A stretch of 64,000 nt of DNA, taken from assembly GCF_006345805.1 (NCBI RefSeq), contig NC_043002.1, forward strand, positions 19,096,001-19,160,000. Direction: 5' to 3'. Both the position numbers and the translations under genes were made by a program. The notes under the pieces are model-generated. The model was not told the DNA's origin and made no database searches. It worked only from the letters and a program-made list of their open reading frames with translations. The stretch comes from Octopus sinensis. Taxonomy: Eukaryota. Position 1 is the first letter of the stretch, and each line of letters opens with the position of its first letter. Of the stretch, positions 13,671 to 27,360 are shown piece after piece.

Positions 13671-15379
13671 TAGTTTTATTTTTATAGCGTGCTTTCACTT
13701 CACTACCGAGCACAGCTCTGTGTGCCTTGGGTATGTGCTGTGATTTGTTGTGATGCTCTGATGGTTATTGTATGGAAAGTGTTCTGCGTAGGATGTATGC
13801 AGTGCCTAGTAGTGCAATTTTCTGTATGTTATATGTGTTTGTAAGTCCTGGTGTTTTTGTTATGTATTTGTCTGAATATTTTTTTATCATGCCTAATGCA
13901 CCTACTATGATAGGAATTGTTTCTGTTTTCAGATTCCACATTCTAGTTACCTCTATTTCCAGGTCTTTGTATTTTGAGAGTTTCTCCATTTCTTTTAGAG
14001 ACACGTTGTCATCTGCCGGTATTGATACATCAATTAGAAAGCATTTTTTTTCTTCATGATCTCTGACAACTATATCTGGTCTGTTGGCCTTAATTTCTCT
14101 ATCTGTGTGTATCGGCATATCCCAGAGTATGGTTGCTTTATCGTTTTCTGTGACCTTTTCTGGTGTGTGCCTATACCATCTTTTTTCTGTTGTTATTCCA
14201 TAATGTTGGCATAGCTTCCAATGTATGTAGGTTCCAACTCTGTCATGTCTGTGAATATATTCCTTCTTAACCAGGACTGGGCAGCTAGAGATAATATGAT
14301 TTATTGTTTCTTGTCCATCTCCACATATTCTGCAGTTACTTGTAATATTTCTTTTCATTACATGTTTTTGGTAATTTCTGGTGGGGAGGCTTTGGTCTTG
14401 TGCTGCAATTAAAAATCCCTCTGTCTCTGCTTTGAGTCCTGAGCTTCTCAACCATTGCTGGGATTTTTCTTTGTCTGTTTCTTTTGCGTTTAGTTTAGTG
14501 CAGTATTTACCATGAAGGGGCTTTTCGTGCCATCGTTTTATCATGGTTCGTTGCTGTTCTATTTTTAGTTTGGATTTCATTTGTTTTATAGCTTTTGTTG
14601 TTTCTTCATCATGTTCTTCTTCTTCTTCTTCGTGTTTATTAGGTGGTATGATTTCTTGTTTGTATTTGTCAGCTTCCTTAAATACTGAGAACAGTTTTTT
14701 GTTTTGCTCGTGTTTTGCTGCTATCTGGATCAGTTTTCCTTCCTTCTGAAGTAGATATTTTTGCAGTCCTATGGTGGTTATTTTATAGTAGTTTTCCAGC
14801 TGTATAAGGCCTCTACCACTTTCTATACGTTGTATATATAGCCTTTCTATGTCAGATTTTGGGTGATGCATCCTAGATCCTGTCATTATTTTTCTTGTTT
14901 TCCTATCTATTTTGGACAGTTCATTTCGTGTCCAGTTAAGGATATTGTAGCTGTAACTTATAACTGGGACAGCTAATGTGTTGATACCTATTATCTTGTT
15001 TTTAGCATTGAGCTCTGTTTTTAGTATTGATCTAACTCGTCTATAATATTCTTTTTTGATTTTCTCTTTCATTTGTGTGTGTTGTGTCTTATCTAGTTCA
15101 TGGATTCCTAAGTATTTGTAAGTTTGGCTTTGGTCTAATTCTTTTATTCATTGGTTTTATCTAGTGTGATGTTGTTACTCTTAACTAGTTTTCCTCTTTT
15201 CATGGTTACTTTGGCGCATTTTTCTAATCCAAATTTCATATCTATTTCTTTGGTAAATCCATGAACTGTCTTTAATAGTGTTTCCAGCTGTTTGTCATTT
15301 GCAGCGTATAGTTTTAGGTCATCCATATATAAAAGGTGGCTGATCGTTTTGCCGTAACATTTATATCCGCATCCAGTTC

Positions 15380-15380
<1 letters not shown>
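13666..15380 (-). mobile_element. Dong/R4-clade non-LTR retrotransposon, 5'-truncated (RT C-terminus, CCHC finger, RLE endonuclease)
   Basis: HLLYMDDLKLYA (15144-15326) and the 435-aa ORF 13765..15072 with CRICGDGQETINHIISSC, RHD, RPDIVVRD, EKLSKY; one frameshift; (TTA)n at both ends. Confidence 0.93.
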
Positions 15381-15464
<84 letters not shown>

Positions 15465-15479
15465 TATACGCTCAACTGA

Positions 15480-15828
15480 TTGGACTGTTGGAAAAAGAAA
15501 AAGCATCCTAACATCGGGCTAGAACAAGTTGCCTTAAATTCCAGGAACCCTCCTAAGTATCCTAGCTGTGCCTAATAACACTTTTTTCTGCAGCTGTACT
15601 AAATTGGGTTTTATGCCTACTTCCTCTATTCATATGTTCAGGTCTTTAGGGATAATTTCCAATTCACCTATAACTACTGGGATACATTGTACCCCAACTT
15701 TCTATAGTTTCTGTAATTCAATGGCTAGGACCTGCTACTTTGCTATTTTCTCTATACTTCTCATATTAATTTTTTTTCATCATTTGGGACTGTAAAGTCA
15801 ATTATTTAGCACTTTCTATTCTCTTTAC

Positions 15829-15830
<2 letters not shown>
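15480..15830 (-). mobile_element. Another diverged RLE-type LINE 3' fragment
   Basis: Minus-strand remnants EKIAK, LAIELQKL, IPVVIGELEIIP, VQLQKKVLLGTARILRRV. Confidence 0.65.
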
Positions 15831-15900
<70 letters not shown>

Positions 15901-15904
15901 ACTA

Positions 15905-17500
15905 AGTTCTTTACATTAAGCGAGAATGGGGGTGTGTACCACAGAATTGAGCGTCTGCTGCTTTTTTAGGGGGTCTGGGAGTAGTGCTAAGTGTTTCGAT
16001 AAAGGAGTGCTATCTATATTCTTGGAGAGGGTATGTGGGTGGTGAGGCATGTTGTTGTTAGCTGCTTTAGTTGTTTTCGTTTTTGACCTAGTGTTAAATG
16101 AATGTGTGTGGGGTCTAGGTTGCCTAGGTGTAAGACCTTCCAGGGTTCCATCGACTAATGTGGTTGGTTGCGATTGTGATGGTTGGTGCGTGTTTGAGAT
16201 GTGAGTTGAGATATGTATTGTTTGAGCCTGGTGTTATGGATGTGTTCTATTTGTTGGTAAAAGCCGCCAGCGGCGAGTGCTTGATTATAATATGGTGCGT
16301 GATTATTGAAAATTTCCTCAGTGGAAGAACGGTCGGATATGCGGGTTGAGATGCTCTAGATTATGTTATCGAAAGTGGATTTGTGGTGATTGGAGTGGAT
16401 GTTAAGGTATTTAAGATATTGGTTAGATTTGTGGTAAGAGGAGTATTGGGAGGTTGATAAGTTTAAAATTGCACCAAGAAAGCAGTTTTATGAGCGTTTT
16501 CGAATGTGATAGATAGGTTAGAGAAGAATTTATGTAGATCCTTCCTAGTTCTTTCTAAGGAGGATTTATTTATGCTTTTGGTAACTAATAAAGTGTCGTC
16601 CCTGTATAGACCTCCCTTGATGTTAAGGAAATGTATATGGAGCTGATGTAGTATATATTGTCCAACTAAGTCAGCGACTTGAGCTGAATCAGATGATCCC
16701 ATGGTTATGTCAAATAGGTTGCTATGGTCATTGCTACGGTTATTGGCCCGGCACCGGAGTTTGCTTTCAAAAGAAATAAGGGTTTTGCGGGCATTAAGTA
16801 TTATGTTAATTTCTAGTGGGGTTAGGCTAGTAAGGTTCCTAGCTAGAAGAAGAGCTTTATTTAGAAGTTTAGGAGAAATAGAAGAGTAGTAATTATTTAT
16901 GTTTAATTGTAGGAAGGAATGAGTTTTTGGCTTTTAGAAGGTGGAACCATGTAATAACTTCACCAGTGTGGGCCATAGGTTAACGTTTAATTTGTACTTG
17001 ACGATTGGTATTATTTTGTCCAAAATGTTTTTGCTTACCCTTCCTAAGTCGGATTTGGTGGGGCATATTAGTCGTATTGAAGGTTTGGTAATAAAGTCCT
17101 TCTTGTGATCCTTGAGGTTGAAGTGGGGAGATGCAGGGCAGTATGATTTGGTTTGGTCATCCACTTGTAATTTCCTCATAAGTTTGCAGTGATTGGTGTT
17201 GATTTCACTTAGGGCAGATGTTGGTGCCAGCTTGTAGGATTTGTTGAGTTCTTTCTTTATGAATTTATTGTATTCCTCAATGGTAATGGGGTACATATTT
17301 CCTGTTATATACGAGAAGGCATGTAATTTGGGGGGTGCAATCATCCGTTTTATGGTGTTTGAGACCTTTTTTTTTGAAAGGGGGATTTGTATTTAGAGAA
17401 TTTAATGTTTCTAATCAAATTAATCATATCCGCTTCAAATTTTTCGAGATGGTGGTTGTGTGGAGGGTTCTTATATGATTTGAGGTTGCAGCTGTTGGTA
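15905..17500 (-). mobile_element. Degenerate Penelope-like element RT
   Basis: LKDHKKDF..KPSIRLICPTKSDLGRVSK, MGSSDSAQVADLVG, GLYRDD. Confidence 0.85.
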
Positions 17501-17795
17501 TTATTGTCAGTTTATTATAATTGTCCTGTTTTCGATTTGACCTTACAATACGTTCCCTACTTTTAGGTCACTTTAAATAAAACTCTTGATTCAATAGCGC
17601 TGTGTACAAACACTATACTTGGAATTACCAATTTTAGATAATATTAGATTTTACTCACAAGGTATTGGAATATTATATTATACCATTCTGCCTAAATAAT
17701 GGACCTACAAATGCAATATCCCTGCATATCTCACATCTATTTTCATTCCTTCACTTCACACTGTATTTCGTATTGCTTAACCATTTTCTCACACC

Positions 17796-17843
17796 GTCTC
17801 CGATGAAGAGATATAATAAATATCCTGGAAACAGCTGTAAGAC
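17796..17843 (+). ncRNA. Minimal hammerhead-ribozyme-like motif (CCGAUGA variant core)
   Basis: gtct-CCGATGA-stem II (gatat/atatc)-GAAAC-AGCT-GTA-agac; a related copy lies inverted at 29264-29315. Confidence 0.55.
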
Positions 17844-18092
17844 TTTCTATTTATAAATGTTCTAAAATCTTCACAGCCTTGGTTTTTTATCTCATTCAGA
17901 AAAAAAATTATATATACACTCGCTGATATATGACCTACGTTAGATTCCTTATTCGCATAATCACCGACCTGGATCTTAAATATGGTCTATACATAGCACT
18001 TACTCAGCATTACCTGACGCCTTTGGGTCTTACTGACACCATTACCTCTCATAACCTATATATATATTATATATATATATATATAATATATA

Positions 18093-18150
<58 letters not shown>

Positions 18151-19006
18151 TGTGTGTGCGCGTGTGTGTGTGTGGTGTATGTAATATATATATATGTATA
18201 TATGTATGTATCTATGTATGTATGTATATATGTATGTATCTATGTATGTATGTATATATATATATATTATATATATATATATCATATATATATATATATA
18301 TATTATATATATAATATATATATATATAGTTAGTATTTAATAACAGTATGGTATACACCTGGTTGTTTGCCGCTAAAGCACGTTCGCTGGCCTAGTGTTC
18401 CTTGGCTATGTAATTAATGAAAATGGTAACAGAACGTTAAAACACAAGCTGATCCGTGGAAATGGTAAGAAAATACTTTCTGAATACGTCATACACATGT
18501 TACATCTCAATTGCTGAACATTTCTGATAATATATTTGTTTACTGATTCGAGAAAACCGATATTTTGCTCGTCAGCCATGTTAGTTCACTTCACAATCGT
18601 TATAAAGTTGAATTTACTTCATAAACCTTGACAAAAATGTCTTGAGTCTTGGTCCTGTTGATTGAAGAATTTTACACCGATAAAAGACACACATACTAAA
18701 TAACACTAGCTGGGGTGATCTTGTCGGTAAACTAGGAAGAATGACATATATTGAACTAGAAAAAGGAATATTTATGCCCGAAAAGTTTCTGAATCGAAAG
18801 GTTTATCAATAATATTTTTAAAATAGCTCCCAGACTTTTCTGGAAATATAATATTTTAAAAATAGCTTCCAGACTTTCCTGGAAATAACTTTATCTCACC
18901 AATTAAGGATCCCTTAGAAAGGGTCAAGCATACTGCAAATCCACTCTTCTGAATGATCGATTAAAAGTGAGATATCTAACATGTGTATATTTTGGTTTAC
19001 TTACAG

Positions 19007-19064
19007 ATGCATGCATTTTCGAAAGTTTTGTTTTTATTAGTCCTTCCCATTGTTGTGGATTCAG
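19007..19064 (+). CDS. Gene A exon 2: signal peptide MHAFSKVLFLLVLPIVVDS (phase-1 end) of a 125-aa secreted 12-Cys protein
   Basis: tttacttacag|ATG acceptor and TCAG|gtatgt donor; hydrophobic core; homologous to the exon at 59518-59602 (-). Confidence 0.88.
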
Positions 19065-19509
19065 GTATGTTTCAATATTCTTAGACAACTAAATTTTATC
19101 CGAAACACTGAACATGGCTGATTTTATATGACAGAAGAATGAAACCATAAAATCTAGCTTCTTCATATTCCACTCTGATATTTAAAAAGCTGAAGATATG
19201 GCACTGAATTTTAAAGAGGTCGGAAAAACGTTGATTCAACAAAAGAAATTATTTAAATTTTAGCAGTCATTTTCTTTGGCCCTAACAGAACGTAATTATG
19301 TACCCATAATTAATGTATGTAATTATGTACCCTGGTCTCGTATCCAGGCATGCTTGACTGCATTGAAAAGAAAATTACTCAAAAGTTAGATACGATCCTC
19401 GCAAAGACACAGATTCATTTTTACGTTTTGTCCTCAGTATTTTCTTCCAGACCTATTATGCACACCTTACAAAAAGAAAAGATCGTCAATAGGTCGTTAA
19501 AATAAATAA

Positions 19510-19767
19510 ATAAATAAATGCACCCTTTTTAAGCCTAGCCAGGCTCATGGGCCCGGTTTCCCGGTTTCAATGGCGTATGTGTTCCCCAGCTGGACGGGAC
19601 ACCAGTCCATCGCAGCGTTACTCATTTTTGCCAGCTGAGTGGACTGGAGCAACGTTAAATGAAGTGTTTCACTCAAGAACACAACGCGTCGCTTGGTCCA
19701 GGAATACGAAACCACAATCTTACGATCATGGTGCTGACACCCTAACCACTAAGCCACGCGCCTCCAC
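19510..19767 (-). mobile_element. tRNA-derived CORE-like SINE family 2 (also 22997-23250 +, 48996-49248 -, 54150-54352 -, 56969-57290 +)
   Basis: Head gaggcgcgtggcttagtggttagggtg..ggtttcg(a)ttcctgg; CORE-like tgtgttcttgagcaaaacactt; (AAAT)n tail. Confidence 0.8.
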
Positions 19768-20152
19768 AATAGGTCGTTAACCAAATATAAAACAGTGTCG
19801 TATCAATTTATGTCCGTAAACTGTATATGCAAAAATTATTCCTTATAGTTCTATGTTCTGAATTCAGTGCTATATTAATTTTCAGCTCCCTTTTTCATGT
19901 TTGGAATTCCACACAGTTTTATATATAATTGTTTTCGACATTGCAGTCACGTATTATATCCCTCCAAACAATTTTCTTTGTTACTGCCTGGACATTATTT
20001 ACTAAAATCCAATGTTTAATTTAATATTCGACTAAACTAGAATTATTGAAATCTCAAGTAAAAGAATGATACACAAAATACAGATACCAGTTCAACCCCT
20101 CAAAGAAAAAAATAGTCTCGCTATTTTCTTTATAAATATATTTCTACTGCAG

Positions 20153-20272
20153 AATGTAACGGATGTACCTTGGACGGAAAATGCATTTGTGGTGGGAGTG
20201 GTATATTCAGGTCACTGTATGACTGTAAGAGAGTAACTTGTCGTAGGAAAGCGCTCAGGATTCGGGAAATCC
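20153..20272 (+). CDS. Gene A exon 3: (E)CNGCTLDGKCICGGSGIFRSLYDCKRVTCRRKALRIREI, 6 Cys, phase 1-1
   Basis: tttctactgcag acceptor, C|gtaagt donor, 120 nt open frame; paralogous to 58427-58549 (-). Confidence 0.9.
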
Positions 20273-20446
20273 GTAAGTAAGAACAAAAATGTCTTTTTCT
20301 TAAAATTTTCTTAAAATTTATATTTTATGCTGTAAGCAAAATATTTCACTTGAGGAAATATAAGCTCTTAACTGAGATTATTTTTCTCACTACAGTATGT
20401 TAGCACTCATTCTAGTGTTCATGCTGTTAATATTCATAAGTAATAA

Positions 20447-21207
20447 GGCGGGCGAGCTGGCAGAAGCGTTAGCACGCCGGGCGAAATGCTTAACGGTGTT
20501 TCGCCTATCTTTATGTTCTGAGTTCAAATTCTGCCGAGGTCGACTTTGCCTTTCATCCCTTCGGGGTCGATAAATTAAGTACCAGTTACGCACTGGGTCG
20601 ATGTAATCGACTTAATCCGTGTGTCTGTCCTTGTTTGTCCCCTCTGTGTTTAGCCCCTTGTGGGTAGTAAAGAAATAGGTATTTCGTCTGTCTTTACGTT
20701 CTGAGTTCAAATTCCGCCGAGGTCGACTTTGCCTTTCATTCTTTGGGGGTCGATAAATTAAGTACCAGTTACGCACTGGGGTCGATGTAATCGACTTAAT
20801 CCGTGTGTCTGTCCTTGTTTGTCCCCTCTGTGTTGTTGCCCCTTGTGGGTAGTAAAGAAATAGGTATTTCGTCTGTCTTTACGTTCTGAGTTCAAATTCC
20901 GCCGAGGTCGACTTTGCCTTTCATCCTTTCGGAGTCGATTAAATAAGTACCAGTTACGCACTGGGTCGATGTAATCGACTTAATCCGTGTGTCTGTCCTT
21001 GTTTGTCTCCTCTGTGTTTAGCCCCTTGTGGGTAGTAAAGAAATAGGTATTTCGTCTGTCTTTACGTTCTGAGTTCAAATTCCGCCGAGGTCGACTTTGC
21101 CTTTCATTCTTTCGGGGTCGATAAATTAAGTACCAGTTGCATACTGGACCTAATCGACTGGTTCCCTCCGCCCAAATTTCGGGCTTTGTTCCTAGAATAG
21201 AAAAGAA
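20447..21207 (+). mobile_element. Family-1 SINE with a tandem array of about four ~184-bp body units
   Basis: Units start near 20496, 20679, 20863 and 21046 and are nearly identical. Confidence 0.9.
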
Positions 21208-21338
21208 TATTCATAAGTAATCCCTTTAAACTATTAAGTTGTTACGACAGCGCATGCACCTACCTGTTTGCCTGCCTACCCAAAAACAAAACAACCTACC
21301 TACCCGCCTACCTACCAAAATAGATAAATTCATACATA

Positions 21339-22628
21339 TTGGGTTGTCCGGAAAGTTCGTGCTGATTTATAGCAGCTTACCTTTCGACTTATTTTAGAAC
21401 ATGGTTCAAAAATAGGTGTAGCCAAATAGGATTTGGCTACACCTCCATTTAGAGCACAGTCTAAGCTATCTTTTCATGGAAGGAGATTTATGTTCCTATA
21501 ACCTGTGTTAATTCTGTAACCCTTTAAAATAGAAGATAAGAAAGTTCATTTTCGGCACGTGATGCTTTTCTTTTTCCGTAAAGAGGAAAATGCTTCACAA
21601 GCAACCAAAGAAATGTGCGCAGTTTACGGTTATGTTTCTTTATCCGAAAGAACTGTACGGAAGTGGTTCGCAAGGTTCCGAGCTGGAGATTGTAACCTTA
21701 TTGATAATGAGCGATCAAGCAAACCATCCGCTATAGATGATGATCCAATGGAGTCATTAATTGAGAATAACCCACATTGCCCAACCCGAGAATTGGTAGA
21801 AAGCCTCAATCTATCAAAATCCGTCGTTCATGAGCACCTGGTAAAGCTTGGGTACACAAATCGCTACAATATTTGGGTACCACATCAGTTGAGTGAGAAG
21901 AACCTTTTGGATCGCATTTCCATCTGTGATTCGTTTTATAAACGGAATGAAAACGCGCCTTTTTTAAAGCAAATTGTGACAGGTGATGAGAATGGATAAT
22001 CTACCGAAATGTTCAGAGAAAGCGATCCTAGAGTAAGCAACATGTGTCACCCTTAGCCTCCCCAAAAGTGGGTCTTCACCCTAAAAAAGTCTTGCTCTGT
22101 GTCTGGTGGGATTGGAAAGGAATTCTGTACTATGAGCTTCTCCCAAGTAACCAGACAATTAATTCTGAGAAATACTGCACACAACTGGACGAGTTAAAAG
22201 CAGCAATTCAAGAGAAACGTCCAGAATTGGCCAACAGGAAGGGCGTTGTTTTCCAACAAAATAGTGCAAGACCGCACGTTTATTGGGAACTAGACGAATA
22301 TTGCTGCAGCTCGGCTGGGATGTGTTACCCCACCCTCCATATTCATCAGATATTGCTCCTTCGGATTTCCACTTATTCAGGTCTCTGAAGAATAGTCTTA
22401 ATGGTAAAAATTTCAATTCCTTGGATGACGTAAAAATATACCTTGATGAATTCTTCGCCATAAAACCAGCTCAATTCTGGGAAGATGGTATTTTCAAGTT
22501 AAAGGAAAGATGGAGACGCATTGTGCATCAAAATGGTTCATATTTGGTTAATTAAAAATGTAATGGCAAGTATTTATTGACCTTTTTCTTTCCTTTAAAG
22601 ATCGGCACGAACTTTCCGGACAACCCAC
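21339..22628 (+). mobile_element. Full-length decayed mariner (mellifera-like), 1290 bp
   Basis: TIRs ttgggttgtccggaaagttcgtgc / gcacgaactttccggacaacccac with TA duplications; WVPHQL, TGDE, HPPYSSDIAPSDF motifs; frameshifts and stops. Confidence 0.95.
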
Positions 22629-23493
22629 TACATATACATACATACACATGCACACACACATATATATATATGTATATATGTGTAGACATATATTTATATG
22701 ATGAACTTCTTTGAGTTTCTGTCTACCAAATCCACTCACAAAGTTTTGATCTTCGTTCTATTTCTTTTTTTGTTTTCGTCATTAACTAATGATGATCACT
22801 TCCACTTTGGAATCATATCTTCCTCCGCGAACTCCAGTTCAACAAGTAATATTCGTTCTATTTACGGGAGATATCCAGTGAATGGGATCGTTCTCTCTTA
22901 ACATGATCTGCGACTGAAAGTTATAAATCTAGTTTTCGCAAATGAGATATATTTCTTATGATTTTATTATTAGTATTGCTTTTCTTAGTTTTGTAGAGGA
23001 GCGTGGTTTAGTGGTTAGGGTGTCAGCATCATGATCGTAAGATTTTGGTTTCGATTCCTGGACCAGGCGACGCGTTGTGCTCTTGAGCAAAACACTTCAT
23101 TTAATGTTGCTCCAGTCAACTCAGCTGGCAAAAATGAGTAACGCTGCGATGGACTGGCGTCCCGTCCAGCTGGAGAACACATACGCCATAGAAACCGGGA
23201 AACCGGCCCATGAGCCTGGCTAGGCTTTAAAAGGGCGCATTTATTTATTTATATTATTCTTGGTTTTAGCATTTAGTTTTTATTTAATCTTTAAAAATGT
23301 TGCCTTATTAATAACATTGGACAAAAATTTTCTGTTGTATGAGATTTTTTTACTGATTTTTTTACTGTCTTTTATTGTGTTAATTTCAAATCTGCAATCG
23401 GTTTTGCTCTCCATATTCTAGTTTTCTTTCAATTTGAAGATTAACTTTTTATACATTTATAGTTAAATTTGACAAGGAACAGCCGTTACATTC

Positions 23494-23900
23494 TGCACAG
23501 GAGTGGCTGTGTCGTAAGTAGCTTGCTTGCCAACCACATGGTTCTGGGTTCAGTCCCACTGCGTGGCACCCTGGGCAAGTGTCTTCTAGTATAGCCTCGG
23601 GCCGACCAAAGACTTGTGAGTGGATCTGGTAGACGGAAACTGAAAGAAGCATGTCATTTATATGTATATGTATATATATGTGTGTTTGTGTGTCTGTGTT
23701 TGTTCCCCCACCCAACATCGCTTGACAACCGATGCTGGTGTGTTTACGTCCCCGTAACTTAGCGGTTCGGCAAAAGAGACCGACAGAATAAGTACTAGGC
23801 TTACAAAGAAAAAGTCCTGGGGTTGATTTGCTCAACTAAAGGCGGTGCTCCAGCATGGCCGCAGTCAAATGACTGAAACAAGTAAAAGAAAGTAAGAGAA
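23494..23900 (+). mobile_element. tRNA-derived SINE family 4 with RTE-like 3' tail (fragments also at 24180-24385, 38760-38960, 39625-39792, 54740-55070, 57350-57520)
   Basis: gcacaggagtggctgtg..gggttcagtccc head, gtagacggaaactgaaagaagc, cagcatggccgcagtcaaatgactgaaacaag tail. Confidence 0.8.
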
Positions 23901-24709
23901 TATTATGATAATATCCTACTGTGTTTTTTTAGATCTGATCATGGCTTCTTCAAGTACACACACACACACACAGACAGACAGACACACACACACACACACA
24001 CACACGCACGCACACACACACACACACACGCACACACATACGCACACACACGCGCATATAAATAGGAAATAGTGGCACAACAGACTACCAATGTTTGCTG
24101 GAAATAGCAGTCGATAAGACTACGGCGCTATGTAAAGCTTCACTGAATGTATACACAAACACACACACACATATATGTGTACCTTTGTGCCTGAAAACAG
24201 CTGTTGGTGTGTTTACATCCCTGTAACTTAGTGGTTCGGTAAAACTGACCGATAGAATATGTACGAAGCTTTAAAAGATAAAAAAATAAGTATTGGGGTC
24301 GATCCGGTTCACTAAAATACTTCAAGGCGGTGCCTCTTCATGGCCGTAGTTTAACGACTGAAATAAGCAACGGATATAAGATAAAATATGAAAGATATGT
24401 TAGCATGTATTTGTGTAAATGCACAGAACCCGAAAATCCTGTTTAATTATTTCCCTTAAATAATAAATCTGAAATCAAATGTTAACGAAACGATATATAT
24501 TCCCAAGGATTGAAATTAATCATAATTAATTTTTACACTTTAATTTTCTCTCTTATTTTTCATTTTGCATTTTATTTCTTTTATTCAATACTTGACTATT
24601 TTATAAATGCATATTTTGATGTCTGTTAGCTTTTACATGGTGAAATCTATGAAATGATTTGTGGTTTACTTTTTAATTTTGCGACTACATAACAAACTTT
24701 AATTGCAAA

Positions 24710-26335
24710 ACCAGCACACTCTATGGGCTTCCAAAAATACACAAGAGTGAAATTATCACAGAAGCTTGCAAAAAGTCCACTTCAACCTGCATCACTATAC
24801 CACATCCCACTGATCTCAAACTGAAACCAATAGTGGCAGGCCCAAGTTGTGAAACACACAGACTTAGCAACTTTATCGATATCATCCTAAAACCAATACT
24901 GAAACTCATTCCAAGTATTGTAAGAGATGACCTGGACCTCTTAAATCATCTCCCCAAACATACCGATAAAGACACTTTAATCGTTTCCTTTGATGTAATA
25001 AACCTTTACACCACAATCCCACATGAATATGGACTGGAAGCCATTAAATTCTGGCTGGATAAATATCCCAATGGGATCGCGGAAAGAATAAAAAAAGAAT
25101 TCATCATTGAGGGCCTCAAATTTATTCTGCAAAACAACTTCATGAATTTCAATAATAACACTTACAGACAAGTTTCAGGAACTGCAATGGGTACGAATGT
25201 TGCCCCTACCTATGCAAACCTGGTGATGGCCTACCTGGAATCACATATTTATGAAAAATCCAAATATAAGTACGGCCAGTCTTTCCACAAATACCTGTTG
25301 GAAAACTGGAAACGCTACTTAGATGATTGCCTCATCCTATGGTCCCACACACTCGACCAACTTATTGACTTCAAAAACCTTATCAACAGTGTAAATAACC
25401 ACATTCAATTCACAATGGAATATACTCAGGACCAACTTCCTTTTCTTGACATTCTAATCATTAAAAAAGGCGTCAACATTGAAACTGACATCCATTACAA
25501 TACCTTCTATTCACCTCTAATCACCCAAAACACACAAAGACAAATATCTCCTTCAACTTAGCGAGAAATGACACAACACGAAATAGAAGACTCCGGGAAC
25601 TAAGGGCAATTCTTCTCAAAAGACATTACCCGGCATCACTAGTGGACAACGGAATAGAACGAGCCAAATCAATTAACACTCAAGACTTACGAAAACCAAA
25701 ACACATCCACAGTACAGTAAATAGCTTCCCCTATCTCTCAACACACAACCCAAGAAATGCAGAAGCTTACACTATTATATACAACAACATTCCACAGCTA
25801 AATCAAGACCCACGCCTAAAAAAATTACTGGCAGCTCATAAAATAATAAAAAAGTAGAGACAACCTAAATCCCTAAAAAACCTCCTCACCAACGCAAAAT
25901 TACACAAAATTACACAAAATTACACACCACCGTCAAAAAATGTGGTCGTCCCAACTGCAGGACTTGCATCCACCTCATTGAGGGATCGACGTACAAGTTC
26001 CAGTCGGGACACACATTCATCATAAAAAATAATTTCACGTGCGCATCAAAAAATTTACTCTACCTCATAAGGTGTGAAGGGTGCCACGAAGACTACATAG
26101 GGCAAACGAGCCTTAACCTCAGAGAAAGAATGACAGTTCACCGCCAACAACTGAGGGACCCCTCCACAAGACAGATACCACTAAGTGGACACTTAGACCT
26201 CTGTGCACACAATAAGTCCCCCAAATTCTTAGTTTTCCACCATACCAATGCCCGGACAACACCACAGACCAAACACGAATAAATAGGGAAAATAATCTTA
26301 TTCAAAAATACAGACCACAACTAAACATACTCTAA
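24710..26335 (+). mobile_element. Penelope-like retroelement (RT plus GIY-YIG endonuclease), decayed
   Basis: YGLPKIHK, SFDVINLYT, GTAMGT..APTYANL, WKRYLDD, PFLDI; then CGRPNCRTC and LYLIRCEGCHEDYIGQT..LRERMTVH. Confidence 0.92.
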
Positions 26336-26489
26336 CATACCCCCCCAGGCACACATCCAAAACAAACACACAAAGATACACGCACACTCGCACCATATCA
26401 TACAAACAGACACATACACACACCAGCACACATGCAACACACTAACAAACATTAACCACACACTTACACAACACACACACGCATACATT

Positions 26490-27272
26490 ATATATATGTT
26501 ATGTATGTATATGTTATATATGTGTATATGTATGCGTTGTGTGTGTGTATATATGTATATATGTATGCATTATATATATGTGTGTATTTATATGTGTATA
26601 TGTGTTGTATATATGTATATATATATATATGTATACATTGTATATGTATATATGTATATGTGTATGCATTATATATGTATATGTATGGTATGTATATGTA
26701 TATGTATGTGTACGTTATATGTATGCATATTATGTGTGTGTGTGTGCATTATATATATATGCATTATATGTATGTGCATTGTGTATATGTATATTATATG
26801 TATGTGTGTTGTATATGTATATGTACATTATATATATATGTATATGTATATATACATTATATATATGTATATTATATGTATGTTGTATATATATGTATAC
26901 ATATATATACATTATATGTATATATATGCATACATTGTGTATGTGTATGTTATGTGTATATGTGTTATATGTATGTATATATACATTGTATGTATGTGTA
27001 TTGTGTGTATATGTGGTATGTGTATGTATATGTATGTATACATTGTGTATGTGTATATGTATATATGTTATGCATTGTGTATATATATATTATATTATAT
27101 ATATATATATTATATATAATATTATATTATATATATATATATATTATATGTGTATTATATATATGTATGTTGTGTGTGTATATTATATGTATATATGTGT
27201 TGTATGTGTGTATGTGTGGTGTATATATATGTATGGTGTGTGTGTGTGTAATGTATATATGTGTGTGGTATG

Positions 27273-27324
<52 letters not shown>

Positions 27325-27360
27325 ATATATTATATATATATATATATATATACAGTGTGT
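26490..27360. repeat. Degenerate (TA)/(TG)/(TATG) low-complexity tract
   Basis: Direct reading; the source of several spurious ORFs. Confidence 0.95.

Noticed and set aside
13765-15072. 435-aa ORF as a host gene
   Set aside because: C-terminal half of a truncated Dong/R4 retrotransposon protein, with an upstream frameshift and a second near-identical copy nearby.
20447-21207. CRISPR-like or tRNA-gene array
   Set aside because: The units are identical SINE bodies with no unique spacers, and the tRNA-like heads do not form complete cloverleaves.
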